Under the pieces are notes generated by a model. That model saw only the letters and a list, made by a program, of their open reading frames with translations, searched no databases and had not been told where the DNA came from. From Candidatus Woesearchaeota archaeon (GTDB taxonomy: Archaea > Nanobdellota > Nanobdellia > Pacearchaeales > GW2011-AR1), in the NCBI GenBank assembly GCA_964366925.1, contig CAYIVX010000001.1:1-54509 (forward strand): a stretch of 54,509 nucleotides of DNA. Reading direction: 5' to 3'. The translations under genes and the position numbers were made by a program. Positions 23,928 through 33,649 of the stretch are shown piece after piece; position 1 is the stretch's first letter, and every line of letters begins with the position of its first letter.

Positions 23928-24806
23928 TTAACTATTTATCTTATTCTCTTTTAAAATATTTAATAATTCTTCTTCAGTTTTTGAGAGTGCAATTTGATTT
24001 CTAACTTGCGGGGCTCCTTCAAATTCTCTTGTGAAATTTAGTGCTTGGAATTTTATTTGAGAAAAATAAAGTTTATTTTTTTGTATTTTTTTTGCTAATT
24101 TTAGCCAATCATGGAAATTTATTCTTTTTTGGATTTTCTTTTTGAGTAAATCTGAAAAAATACTTGGATTCCCTATGGCAGAACGTCCAATCATAATGAA
24201 ATCGAATTCTTTTAGCATTTGTTCTGCCTGTTCTTTATTGTTAATATTTCCAGAATAAATTATTGGAAGATTTGTTTGTTTTTTTATTTCTTTTGCAAAT
24301 TCTAAATCTGGAATACCTGAATAACCTTGGGGTTGAGTTCTAGGATGAATAGATAGGGCATCACAATATTTTTCTGCTAATTTTAATATTGGTTGAAGTA
24401 TCTCTTGTGGCATTTTTCTAATTTTTAGAGTTAGTGGTTTTTTTGTATTTTGTTTTATTGTTTTTAATATTTCTTCTATCTCAGAGATATTGCTTATCAT
24501 AAAATAGCCTAGTTTGCTTTGTTTTGCATGTGGTGAGGGGCAACCTAGATTAAAATCGTAAAGAGATATTTTTTTATCGTATTTTTTAATGAATTCTTTT
24601 ATTCCTTTATTAGAATTACAGGCAAATTGAAGTGCAGGTTTGTCTTGAAAATAAATCTTTTCTTTTGTTTGGGGATTAATTAAGCCTGTATAAGTTAAAC
24701 TTGCTCCTGCTTTTTTGCAGAGCATACGAAAAGCAATATCATTAATTTGATGCATCGGTGCAAGAAATATACGATTCTTTAACTTTAGATTACCTAATTT
24801 AATCAT
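23928..24806 (-). CDS. tRNA-dihydrouridine synthase (Dus family)
   Basis: FLAPMHQINDIAFRML, DFNLGCPSPHA (catalytic Cys region), KIRK, and MIGRSAIGNPSIF. Confidence 0.8.
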   Translation of the reverse strand: MIKLGNLKLKNRIFLAPMHQINDIAFRMLCKKAGASLTYTGLINPQTKEKIYFQDKPALQFACNSNKGIKEFIKKYDKKISLYDFNLGCPSPHAKQSKLGYFMISNISEIEEILKTIKQNTKKPLTLKIRKMPQEILQPILKLAEKYCDALSIHPRTQPQGYSGIPDLEFAKEIKKQTNLPIIYSGNINNKEQAEQMLKEFDFIMIGRSAIGNPSIFSDLLKKKIQKRINFHDWLKLAKKIQKNKLYFSQIKFQALNFTREFEGAPQVRNQIALSKTEEELLNILKENKINS

Positions 24807-25020
24807 TGTTTAGAATGCACGAGTGATTATCAAAAAAACAATTTGCTATCATACCTTAAACGGTGTGGTTTGTAAGGGCATTTGTTTTTTGGATGAAGGA
24901 AATTTCAATGAAATTTTCTACCCTGAAAATTATTTTAATTTTCAGTGATCCAAAACTTAAAACAGTAAAGCTACTACCTCCTTCTAAAGAATTGGGTTTT
25001 AAGTTTATGGACATAAAAAA

Positions 25021-25467
25021 CTATTGGGTTGCGTTTGTGAAGTTTAGGAGTTCGGGAGGTATTTCTGTTTGAGTTAAGTTCACTACACCAAAATTTGAAC
25101 AAAGAAGTTTTATCTGTGAAAGTCCTTGTGTTGCTTGAGAATCTAGGGTTGAGATATCTTTGCATTTTATTGCTATCTGTTGCATTCTGTCTACAGCCAT
25201 ACGAATAAGTGGATTCATACAAGAACTTTGTGCTTTGGCTTTTAATTTGGCAATACTTGCTTCTATTTTTGGAAGATTGTCACAATCCGTTTTATTTAAC
25301 ATTGAACCTTTAGCACTTATAATTCCAATATTTGTGCTTATTATCAATCCCTCTGTTGTAGCAGTTTTTACTAAGGTATATACTTGCCAAATTGTAAATC
25401 CTATGAAGGCTATAACTAAAAGAATAATTATTAAAATTATTTTACCTATTAACCCTTTTTTATTCAT
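25021..25467 (-). CDS. Membrane-anchored secreted protein, unknown function
   Basis: 148-aa ORF with N-terminal anchor KKGLIGKIILIIILLVIAFIGFTIW and four Cys in the ectodomain. Confidence 0.5.
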   Translation of the reverse strand: MNKKGLIGKIILIIILLVIAFIGFTIWQVYTLVKTATTEGLIISTNIGIISAKGSMLNKTDCDNLPKIEASIAKLKAKAQSSCMNPLIRMAVDRMQQIAIKCKDISTLDSQATQGLSQIKLLCSNFGVVNLTQTEIPPELLNFTNATQ

Positions 25468-25737
25468 ACCTAAGATTGGAACTGGATATTTATAAATTGT
25501 TTGTTAATGTTAAATAAACTATCTAACTTAACACAATGCTTGCTTTGACCCCCAATAACCTGCACAAGTTCTACTCGCAACAGCACTTTAAAAAGAATAT
25601 CTAAATTAGCTAAAGTGCCATTGCTCGGTTATTACTATTAATTATTAATAATGTCTATAGAAAATAGGCGAGCAGGAGGAGCCTATTTAGGTTTGTGTAG
25701 TTATCAGTAATGTAAGGATTTAAGGTTTACTTAACAG

Positions 25738-25920
25738 TTAATCTACCCAATGAGTTCTAGCAGCTTCTTCAGAACGGGCTCTTGCTTGTCTATATTTTAT
25801 TAATTGAGGCTCTATATCTTTTTGAAATCTTAATCTAAATCTTTCATATTCTTCTTGAGATTTAAAGGCAGGCTTAGATAATTGATTCATTCCTGGAAAA
25901 AGTTCGTATTCTCTGCTCAT
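25738..25920 (-). CDS. Small hypothetical protein (60 aa)
   Basis: ORF track entry. Charged, helical-looking sequence. No motif recognised. Confidence 0.35.
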   Translation of the reverse strand: MSREYELFPGMNQLSKPAFKSQEEYERFRLRFQKDIEPQLIKYRQARARSEEAARTHWVD

Positions 25921-25999
25921 GGGGAAATTAGGGTTGTAATTATTATAAACTTTTCTATACTATAATAAACCTTAAAAACAAGTTTATGAGTTTAAGTTT

Positions 26000-28900
26000 A
26001 TGGGGTGGAGTTTATTTGACGAAAAAGGGGATATTTTGCCCGCAAAGGTTTTTAGTAATGGAAAAAATCAGGAAGATGTTGTTCTAGAAGTAGTTAATGA
26101 AATAAAAAAAGGTACAAAAATTATTTTTATTCATGGAGTTTGTGGTAGCGGGAAATGTCTTGAAAAGAATACCCGAATATTCTGTAAACCGAAGGGGATT
26201 GACTACTTGGGTTATTATCCAATTTCTCAACTTGTTGGAAAAGAGGGAATTATAGTTTCGCTGGATAAAACGGGTAATATGGTTGAAAGTAAATTTACAA
26301 ATGTCGTAAATAGTGGTAAAAAGAGGCTATATAAAATAAAAACAAGAACGGGTAGAGATTTGCAATGTTCGATTAATCATCCGTTCTTGACAATTACGCG
26401 TAATGGTTTAGAATGGTTACCTTTAGAAAAATTAGATAAAAATTCCTATATTTGTTTGCCAAATAAGACCTCTCTTAAAAATCAAGCCTCTTTGGACAAA
26501 AATAAGATTAAGATTTTAGCTCATTTAATTGCTGAAGGTAAATTAGGCGATAAAAATGGTTCACCTAAATATTATCAAAATCCATTGACTGATTTAGAAG
26601 TAAGGCAAGATTATGAAAATGCATTAAAGAAATTATTTCCCGAAGGACAATTAAAGAGTTCTTCTCCTTGTGAGGTCACTATGGCATTTAATAATAAAGA
26701 TACTAGATTTGGAACTACTAATAAACTTAGACTTTTAATTAGAGAGTTTGGTTTAGACGGCGGGAAGTCGGGGGATAAGTTTGTTCCGCCAATTATTTTT
26801 AATTTAAATGATGCTGATGTTGCCTTGTTTTTAAAAACCTTATTTTCAGGAGATGGAACTATTTATGAAAAAAAGAGTCATGCAAGAGAGAATTCTACGA
26901 TTATTGTAGAATATTGTTCTATTTCAAAAAAACTTATACAAGATGTTTCTATGCTTTTAATGAGATTCGGAATACAACACACGATAACTCCCAAAAAATT
27001 TAGAGAAGATAAAAATTATTCTTGGACTATTCATATCTCCAATCAAAAACAAGTTAGAAAATTTATCAAAAATATTGGTTTTATTGGTAGAAAACAGGTA
27101 TTTGCTGAAAAAGTATTAGGAAGTTTACAAGATCATAAATTTACCAACATAGATAAAGTTCCAAGAGTTATAAGAGAATATTTGAAAGATAGGGGTTATA
27201 CTTATAATGATCTTTATCGATTCTTGAATTATACTGAATTTGAAAAATTTAAGGATGTGGGATTTAAGAAAATTTTGAATAAGAAATTAGTAAGTTGTCC
27301 TTTTGTGTTTAGACAACAGAAAATAGACTTTTTGAGAGAACATATAACAAAAATAAAGGAACATATTAAAGACGCTACTCCTGATTTTATATGCAGTGAA
27401 GATATTTTTTGGGATAGATTAGATAAAATTGAATTTATTGGAGAGGATGAAACTTATGATTTGGAAGTTCCACATTATCATAATTTTATTGCTGATGGAA
27501 TTATTGTGCATAATTCGGCTATCGCTCTTAATATTGCTCGTGAACTTGGTAGGGCTAGTATTGTTGTTCCAATAAAGAATCTTCAGAGACAATATGCTGA
27601 GGATTATACTAATAAAAAATATGTTCTTAAAAAAGATGGCAAAAAATTAAAAATATCCCTGATTACGGGTAGAAGAAATCATATTTGCCCTTACTTGAAA
27701 GACAATCAAAAAGATATTTTATTAAGCAGAATTAGAGAGAAAAATGCAAATCTTACAGATATTTTTTCAGGAGTTAATTCTTCTAATTTTCATCGAAAGA
27801 ATGCAGAGGAGGATGATTCTTGTGATAATTATCTTATCCCCTGTAAAATTGAAATAAAAAGCAAAAATATTTCTACACTTAAGAAATATTATAATGAGAA
27901 TCCTGATAGGAAAGATAATTCGGAACTAGATTTGAAGGTTGCTAAGAGATTTGCGGTTGCTCCTGCTTGTCCTTATTGGAATCCTATTTTGCCTACTGAA
28001 ATGAATGTCAAGAACGATTGGTTAAAAAAAGAATATAAATCTGTTGCAGGGAGTCATACTATCTATGTTAGAAAAGATGGATGCCCCTATTATCGACAGT
28101 TTGAAGCTTATGCGGACTCTGATGTAATTATCTTTAATGGCGATCAATATATACTAGAAACTGCACTTGGAAGAAAGCCTTCTACTGATGTTGAAATAAT
28201 TGATGAGTGTGATGAATTTTTAGATAATTTTGCACTGGAGGGATCAATAAATATTACTAGGTTGAGAAATGAATTGTCCGGAATTATGTGTAGTGATGAT
28301 GCTCAAAGAAAACTTGTTGATGGGCTTAATGAGGGGCTTCTTGAAATTCTTGAAGAGTCTTCTAAGAATATTGATAAAAAAGATAATATTCTTGAAGTTA
28401 ATAAAACTAAAGTTTCTGAATTAATTGCCGCACTTGTTAAAAGTGATGTTTTTGAAATTATGAGTGATGAAAGTTATTTGGAGCATTGTGTTGAAGAAGC
28501 AAGAAAATTTTTTGATGTTATGGATGAAAGTTTTGTTAATTATTATAAAGATAAAAATCGAGGAGATATCTTTGTTAAACTTGTTACTATTAACTTAGAT
28601 AAGCTTCTTTCTTCTCTTATTGAAAAGAATAAGGCTTTTGTTTTTATGTCTGGAACTCTCCATAGCAAAAGAGTTTTAGAAGAAATTTTTGGATTGAAGG
28701 ATTTTAAGATTATTGATGCAGAAACTTTTAAGCTTGGAACTATTAAAAAACTTAGAACAGGTTTAGAGCAGGATTTAAAATTTGATAATTTTGAAAAGAA
28801 GGTAGTTAGTCGTGAAAAATATTTATTGGCCTTGGATAAGTGTGTTGAGATTGCTAAAATTCCTATTCTTGTTCATGTTAGTGCATTTAATGATTTGCCT

Positions 28901-29293
28901 TCGACTAATGAAATTGAGCAATTTAGACTAAAGAATCTTATCAGTTTTTCAGAATTAGTTGAACAGCAAAATTCAGATCGTGAAGGAAAGATGGTAAATG
29001 ATTTTAAGGCAGGAAAAATAAAAATTCTTTTTACTACAAGATGTAATAGGGGTATTGATTTTCCTTTTGAGACTTGCAATAGCGTTGTAATAACTAAATT
29101 TCCCTATCCTAATACCCAGTCTTTATTTTGGAAAATTTTAAAACAAAATAAGCCCGATATTTTCTGGGATTTTTATAAAGATAAAGCTTATAGGGAACTT
29201 TTGCAAAAAGTTTATCGAAGTGTTCGGGCGGTTAATGATTCTGTTTTCTTGCTTTCCCCAGATATACGTGTTATGAATAGTAGTGTTGTGTAG
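26000..29293 (+). CDS. XPD/Rad3/DinG-like superfamily-2 helicase interrupted by an intein
   Basis: The extein P-loop is HGVCGSGK|...|SAIAL. Cys-rich insert: HICPY, SCDNYLIPC, ACPYWNP, GCPYYRQ. DExD-like IIDECDEF. GIDFPFETCNSVVITKFPYP and QKVYRSVRAVNDSVFLLSPDIR resemble XPD motifs V/VI. Confidence 0.75.
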   Translation: MGWSLFDEKGDILPAKVFSNGKNQEDVVLEVVNEIKKGTKIIFIHGVCGSGKCLEKNTRIFCKPKGIDYLGYYPISQLVGKEGIIVSLDKTGNMVESKFTNVVNSGKKRLYKIKTRTGRDLQCSINHPFLTITRNGLEWLPLEKLDKNSYICLPNKTSLKNQASLDKNKIKILAHLIAEGKLGDKNGSPKYYQNPLTDLEVRQDYENALKKLFPEGQLKSSSPCEVTMAFNNKDTRFGTTNKLRLLIREFGLDGGKSGDKFVPPIIFNLNDADVALFLKTLFSGDGTIYEKKSHARENSTIIVEYCSISKKLIQDVSMLLMRFGIQHTITPKKFREDKNYSWTIHISNQKQVRKFIKNIGFIGRKQVFAEKVLGSLQDHKFTNIDKVPRVIREYLKDRGYTYNDLYRFLNYTEFEKFKDVGFKKILNKKLVSCPFVFRQQKIDFLREHITKIKEHIKDATPDFICSEDIFWDRLDKIEFIGEDETYDLEVPHYHNFIADGIIVHNSAIALNIARELGRASIVVPIKNLQRQYAEDYTNKKYVLKKDGKKLKISLITGRRNHICPYLKDNQKDILLSRIREKNANLTDIFSGVNSSNFHRKNAEEDDSCDNYLIPCKIEIKSKNISTLKKYYNENPDRKDNSELDLKVAKRFAVAPACPYWNPILPTEMNVKNDWLKKEYKSVAGSHTIYVRKDGCPYYRQFEAYADSDVIIFNGDQYILETALGRKPSTDVEIIDECDEFLDNFALEGSINITRLRNELSGIMCSDDAQRKLVDGLNEGLLEILEESSKNIDKKDNILEVNKTKVSELIAALVKSDVFEIMSDESYLEHCVEEARKFFDVMDESFVNYYKDKNRGDIFVKLVTINLDKLLSSLIEKNKAFVFMSGTLHSKRVLEEIFGLKDFKIIDAETFKLGTIKKLRTGLEQDLKFDNFEKKVVSREKYLLALDKCVEIAKIPILVHVSAFNDLPSTNEIEQFRLKNLISFSELVEQQNSDREGKMVNDFKAGKIKILFTTRCNRGIDFPFETCNSVVITKFPYPNTQSLFWKILKQNKPDIFWDFYKDKAYRELLQKVYRSVRAVNDSVFLLSPDIRVMNSSVV
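26156..27514 (+). mobile_element. Intein (453 aa) with LAGLIDADG homing-endonuclease domain inserted in the helicase Walker A motif
   Basis: Starts with Cys (CLEKNT). Block B is CSINHPFL. LAGLIDADG motifs are ILAHLIAEGKLGD and LFLKTLFSGDGTIY. The C-terminus reads YDLEVPHYHNFIADGIIVHN, followed by +1 Ser. Confidence 0.85.
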
Positions 29294-29325
29294 TTGTATT
29301 TAGTTTGTGCTTTGCATAATTTTAA

Positions 29326-29410
29326 CGATTTTATTAATAATTTTATAAACTTGAGGGCAGAATTGGCTTTTTTAGTTGTAATATTTGGTTTATTATTATT
29401 ATTATTATTA
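29326..29410 (+). repeat. Family-1 intergenic repeat, degenerate copy with (ATT)6
   Basis: TTATTAATAATTTTATAAACTTGAGGGCAGAATTGGCTTTTTTAGTTGTAATATTTGGTTT followed by (ATT)6 at 29392-29409. Weaker similarity to the cores at 23768 and 32595. Confidence 0.35.
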
Positions 29411-29528
29411 ACTAGTTTTATTGAAGGAGTTTAACTATAAAAGCGGGTTTTAGTTGAGTGATATATTTTATACTAAATTTATTCTCGATTGTAAAAACAT
29501 TTATATATAAGCTGTTTATGAATATATT

Positions 29529-32219
29529 ATGAAAAAAGGTGTTGGTGTAGTTTTAGTATTATTTTTAAGTGTAATTTTATTGACGGGATTTGTTTCTGCT
29601 AGTTGGTTTAGTGATTTTTGGGGAAAAATTAATGGACAAGGAAATGCAGTTACTGGAAATATAGTAGCAAATCCTGGATATGATTGTGAAGTTAATTGGG
29701 CTGGGACTATTTATAGGGGAACATATAACCTTGTTGGATTATCTAATGGCGATGGCAGATTTGTTTGTTATAAGGCTAAATTTTATGAATGTGGTTGGGA
29801 ATTAGACGATGTTAGATTAGCAGTTAAATCTACAGATGGACAAGTTGTTGGAAATTGGAAATGTAATCTTGGATCAAAAAGTTGGTCTTTAGCAACAAAA
29901 AATTGTGATGAGGTTTTATCTGGTACAAAATATACTGGAGTGCATAATGTGGTTGGATTATCTAATGGCGATAGTAGATTTATATGCTTAGACAACAAAT
30001 TTTATGAATGTGGCTGGGAATTAAATGACCCTGCTTTTGCAGTTAAATCTACTAATTCGCAGGTTGTTGGAGATTGGAAATGCGATTTGAATGCTGGGGG
30101 CTGGACTGCAGTTTCACAACAACAAACTTGTAATTCTTTTACTTATTCTAATTGGAGTAGTTGTAGTTCTTCTGGAACTCAAACAAGAACAGTCTTAAGT
30201 TCTTCTCCCTCTGGATGTACTGGGGGCTCTTCGGTTCTTTCACAGAATTGTACTTATGTTTCGCCAGTTGTTACGTGCACTGATTCTGACAGTGGAATAG
30301 ACTATTATGTTAAGGGACTTACAAAACTAGGGACAGGATCAGTATCCATGGATGCGTATGATCATTGTTGGAATGAATCAAACAACGGGCCTTCTTCAAC
30401 AGGTAATGATCTCATTGAGCTTTATTGTTCCAATTCCAGTTCAGGTCACACTATAGTTTCTACACAGCAGTATACTTGTCCAAATGGATGTTCTGACGGA
30501 GCTTGTATAATTACTGCTCCTGTGGTAAATAATACTTGTATAGACTCCGACGGAGGATTGAATTATAATTTGAAAGGAGATATTAATTATTTTTATAATG
30601 TTCATACTAGCAATCCAGATTTTTATGGAACTCATATTGCGGGGGATCAATGTTTGGGTGATGGTTCTCTTTTAGAATATTCTTGTGATTATTATAATTC
30701 TTCTGAATTGAATCCTTCTAAACAATATATCTGTCCAAATGGATGTAAAGATGGCGCTTGTATTGGTGAAGCTCCTTGTACCTCAAAATTTGTTTGTGAA
30801 ATTACACCTTCAATATGTCCTGTTGAGGGTAAACAAACAAAAACATGCAAGGATATTCAATGCAATGCTTCTAGTTATAGTGAAGAAATAATTTGTAATC
30901 CTGGACAATGTTCTGGTTGTGAACTTGATGCGAAATGTTTACCTTATGGATTTAGAACATTAGTAAACGAAAAACCAAATTATTGTGATGTTGATGGTAA
31001 ATTTCAATTACAGAAAACAACTGTTGGTGGAGAATGGAGTGCTTGTCAGAATAATTATGAATGTGAAAGTAATATTTGTTCTTCTGGTGAATGTATTGAA
31101 TTAAAGGACGTTATTGGTCAAGCAAATGCGGTAAAGGGATTTTTTATAAAGCTTATCTGTAAATTATCTAATCTCTTTAATGCAGATGGTTATGCTCAAT
31201 GTATAAATGATTATCTTGGTGGTAATATTACTGAGCCCGTAGTTAAACCTACAATCGTATGTGGCAATACTGGGACTTCTGCTACAGATAAAATTAGTTT
31301 GGATACTTCCGCAAGAAGACTTTATCTTAATGATCCTATAAATGCTGCTAGAACATCCATATCTAGTGCGGAAATGCCAAACGTACTTGTTGATGGAAAA
31401 ATTACTTCTTTAACAGGCGTGACTTATGCTTATACTCAGGGTTTGTTATTAGGAAATAGTAGTCATATACTTTTTGGAACAAGTGGTGGAGATTTAGTTG
31501 ATCCCGCAAATTATATTAACGTTGGAACTGATGCAACGAATCCATTATATAGTTATGTTTTGATGTTAAATAAAAATCTTGATGTTTCGGATGCAACAAA
31601 TATACAAGGACAAAAAATGACTATCCAGGGTAAGGAATATGTTATTGGGTCCGGTTCAAGTGTTACTAATGGAATTTATCTTTACGAAAGTCTTTGTGGA
31701 TCAACAGTTTTGAATAAAGGAGAAACAAGAACATTTAATGTTAAGGGGATTGTTTATACAATTGAAGCTGTTGCAATTACAGATGGAAATACTGCTAAGA
31801 TAACGGTTAATGGAATTTCAAAAACAGTTACTAGAAGTTCGAGTTATTCTTTTGGTAATATTGATATTTATGTGAAGGATATTACTTATGAAGCTTATGC
31901 TGGTGGGGTTCAAACAATTGAATTACTTGTTGGAACAAATACTCTATTTTTAAAATCGGGTTATACCGTTAAAAAAGATGCAGATTTAATATCCGTTCCT
32001 GGAACAATGGTAACTCTACAAACTAACGGTGGTCTTTTGAGTGGACTTAAAATTGCAGTTTCTGCACAAAAATCTCAGTTTGATAGTATTGCTGTTGGTG
32101 AATCTTTTATAGATCCGGTATTTGGTGGATTAAAGGTACAATTGGTAGCTGTTAGTCCTTCATCTCCAATATATTTTGATGTTTCTGTATCTACAAATCC
32201 TAATCCGATAGTCGTCTAG
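29529..32219 (+). CDS. Large secreted Cys-rich surface protein with internal domain duplications
   Basis: 896 aa with a signal peptide. A 73-aa tandem repeat occupies aa 53-124 and 126-195 (GLSNGD(G/S)RF(V/I)C...KFYECGWEL). A second duplicated module is C(T/I)DSD(S/G)G...CPNGC(S/K)DGACI. The C-terminal ~330 aa are Cys-poor and beta-rich. Confidence 0.7.
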   Translation: MKKGVGVVLVLFLSVILLTGFVSASWFSDFWGKINGQGNAVTGNIVANPGYDCEVNWAGTIYRGTYNLVGLSNGDGRFVCYKAKFYECGWELDDVRLAVKSTDGQVVGNWKCNLGSKSWSLATKNCDEVLSGTKYTGVHNVVGLSNGDSRFICLDNKFYECGWELNDPAFAVKSTNSQVVGDWKCDLNAGGWTAVSQQQTCNSFTYSNWSSCSSSGTQTRTVLSSSPSGCTGGSSVLSQNCTYVSPVVTCTDSDSGIDYYVKGLTKLGTGSVSMDAYDHCWNESNNGPSSTGNDLIELYCSNSSSGHTIVSTQQYTCPNGCSDGACIITAPVVNNTCIDSDGGLNYNLKGDINYFYNVHTSNPDFYGTHIAGDQCLGDGSLLEYSCDYYNSSELNPSKQYICPNGCKDGACIGEAPCTSKFVCEITPSICPVEGKQTKTCKDIQCNASSYSEEIICNPGQCSGCELDAKCLPYGFRTLVNEKPNYCDVDGKFQLQKTTVGGEWSACQNNYECESNICSSGECIELKDVIGQANAVKGFFIKLICKLSNLFNADGYAQCINDYLGGNITEPVVKPTIVCGNTGTSATDKISLDTSARRLYLNDPINAARTSISSAEMPNVLVDGKITSLTGVTYAYTQGLLLGNSSHILFGTSGGDLVDPANYINVGTDATNPLYSYVLMLNKNLDVSDATNIQGQKMTIQGKEYVIGSGSSVTNGIYLYESLCGSTVLNKGETRTFNVKGIVYTIEAVAITDGNTAKITVNGISKTVTRSSSYSFGNIDIYVKDITYEAYAGGVQTIELLVGTNTLFLKSGYTVKKDADLISVPGTMVTLQTNGGLLSGLKIAVSAQKSQFDSIAVGESFIDPVFGGLKVQLVAVSPSSPIYFDVSVSTNPNPIVV

Positions 32220-32258
32220 TGTAGAAATCTTTAAATATCTCTTGGAGTTGTTAATATT

Positions 32259-32555
32259 ATGATTGGCTGGATATTACTTATATTGTTTGTAGTCGTTTTA
32301 GTTGTGATTTTAAAGATTAATATTGGGGACTTCAAATATAAAACTTATTTTTTTCTTGTTTTATTTTTTCTTGTTTTATTTATTTTTACATTCGTGAAGG
32401 TTGTTAATGCTAACTCTGTTGATTTAACTTCGGCTTCTGGAGTATTTTCTGGTGTTAAGTTATATTTTATTTGGCTTGGACATGCTTTTGATAATGTTCA
32501 GGTTCTTACGGGTAATGCTGTAAGAATGAATTGGTTTGGAAATAGTACTGGATAA
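32259..32555 (+). CDS. Small membrane protein
   Basis: 98-aa ORF with two N-terminal TM spans, directly downstream of the surface protein gene. Confidence 0.5.
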   Translation: MIGWILLILFVVVLVVILKINIGDFKYKTYFFLVLFFLVLFIFTFVKVVNANSVDLTSASGVFSGVKLYFIWLGHAFDNVQVLTGNAVRMNWFGNSTG

Positions 32556-32571
32556 ATTTAGTTATTTAAAG

Positions 32572-32735
32572 ATTTCGTAAACATTATTCTAAAAATTATT
32601 AATGCACTATCTTGGAAGTAGAAGTTTGGGCTTTAATTAGCTGGAAAAGGCTGAACAATTCGGATTGGTTTTATTGGATTATTATTAAATTTTCTATAAG
32701 TGTAAGCCTCTCTTAATAATTCTAGCGAAGCTATA
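32572..32735 (+). repeat. Family-1 intergenic repeat
   Basis: The 19-nt arm at 32572-32590 is identical to 20301-20319. The 93-bp core at 32595-32687 is ~96% identical to 23768-23860. Starts 17 nt after the stop of the 32259-32555 gene. Confidence 0.75.
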
Positions 32736-32737
32736 TT

Positions 32738-33247
32738 TTATCCCAAATAGCTTTTATTTTCTTTTTTGCCTTGTTTATTATAGCCCTCTTTCATAAATTC
32801 ATAAATTTGAATTAAATCTTCAGAAGCATCTTTCCAATCAATAGAAAATTTTTTAATGAATTCCGCTTCTTTTTTCTCGTCATATTTCGCTTCTAATCCA
32901 AAAGCTTCTATTTCATATTTTGCAAGACGTTTGTAAAGTTCAGTTATATGTTCTTTTTCAGTAGAAGTCATTGATTTAATAATATTAAACATATACATAG
33001 GGGCATTTTGTGCATTTAGGAAAACTTCCAATGTTCTAAGAATATAAAATATCTTTTCAGTAATGTGTTTTCTCATTCTTTTAAGAAAAAGTTCAGTTTC
33101 TTCGGAATCAATATTTTCTATTTCAAAATTTTCATTCATAAATGAAAATTCAGGCAGACCATACTTTTTATGAAAAATTTCATAATTTATTTTAATTTTC
33201 TTTAAATCTCCATGTTCTTTACAATTTTTTTGTTTTTCTTCTTCCAT
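32738..33247 (-). CDS. Hypothetical protein (169 aa)
   Basis: ORF track entry. Charged, helical-looking sequence. No family recognised. Confidence 0.5.
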   Translation of the reverse strand: MEEEKQKNCKEHGDLKKIKINYEIFHKKYGLPEFSFMNENFEIENIDSEETELFLKRMRKHITEKIFYILRTLEVFLNAQNAPMYMFNIIKSMTSTEKEHITELYKRLAKYEIEAFGLEAKYDEKKEAEFIKKFSIDWKDASEDLIQIYEFMKEGYNKQGKKENKSYLG

Positions 33248-33263
33248 GTTGTTTTTATGAAAT

Positions 33264-33349
33264 AAAAATAACAGTCAGAAATTTTTAATTTCTGAATGTA
33301 AAAAACTCTTCATCACGAACCCGAAGGGCCAGTTTGAGTTTTTTACTTA
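33264..33349 (-). ncRNA. Family-2 structured element, copy 2
   Basis: The minus strand reads TAAGTAAAAAACTCAAACTGGCCCTTCGGGTTCGTGATGAAGAGTTTTTTACATTCAGAAATTAAAAATTTCTGACTGTTATTTTT. It lies directly 3' of the 44-aa Zn-finger ORF. Confidence 0.45.
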
Positions 33350-33363
33350 GTTATTTATTTTAT

Positions 33364-33498
33364 TTAACTTTTTACTTTTAATTTTAAATCAGTGCCGACT
33401 AATTGATAATTTTCATGTTTAGTGTGCATATGATGAAGTATGGCTTCGGTTTTATTTTCAAATATATCGCTGCAATCTAAACAAAGGTAATCTGCCAT
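33364..33498 (-). CDS. Small C2H2-type zinc-finger protein (44 aa, not in ORF track)
   Basis: Own translation: MADYLCLDCSDIFENKTEAILHHMHTKHENYQLVGTDLKLKVKS. It shows the pattern C-x2-C-x12-H-x(3-5)-H. Confidence 0.45.
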   Translation of the reverse strand: MADYLCLDCSDIFENKTEAILHHMHTKHENYQLVGTDLKLKVKS

Positions 33499-33549
33499 TT
33501 TCTATATAATAAAATTGTAATTAGAGTTTATAAATTGTTATTTAGTTTA

Positions 33550-33624
33550 AGCCACAGGAGAGAATTGAACTCTCAACCTCGGCATTACCAATGCCGTGCT
33601 CTAACCAGAGTGAGCTACTGTGGC
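33550..33624 (-). tRNA. tRNA-Thr (anticodon GGT)
   Basis: Manual fold of the minus strand: GCCACAG/CTGTGGC acceptor, D GCTC/GAGC, anticodon stem CGGCA/TGCCG with loop TTGGTAA, T arm GAGAG-TTCAATT-CTCTC, discriminator T. 75 nt. Confidence 0.9.
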
Positions 33625-33649
33625 GTTAAATTTATGAGAATAAACTCAT

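Noticed and set aside
33264-33349. C/D-box sRNA reading of the family-2 element (GTGATGA ... CTGA on the minus strand)
   Set aside because: The C-box-like GTGATGA is GTGTAGA in the other copy (22336-22342). The C-to-D spacing (~31 nt) is too short for the usual C-D'-C'-D layout. No terminal kink-turn pairing is evident.
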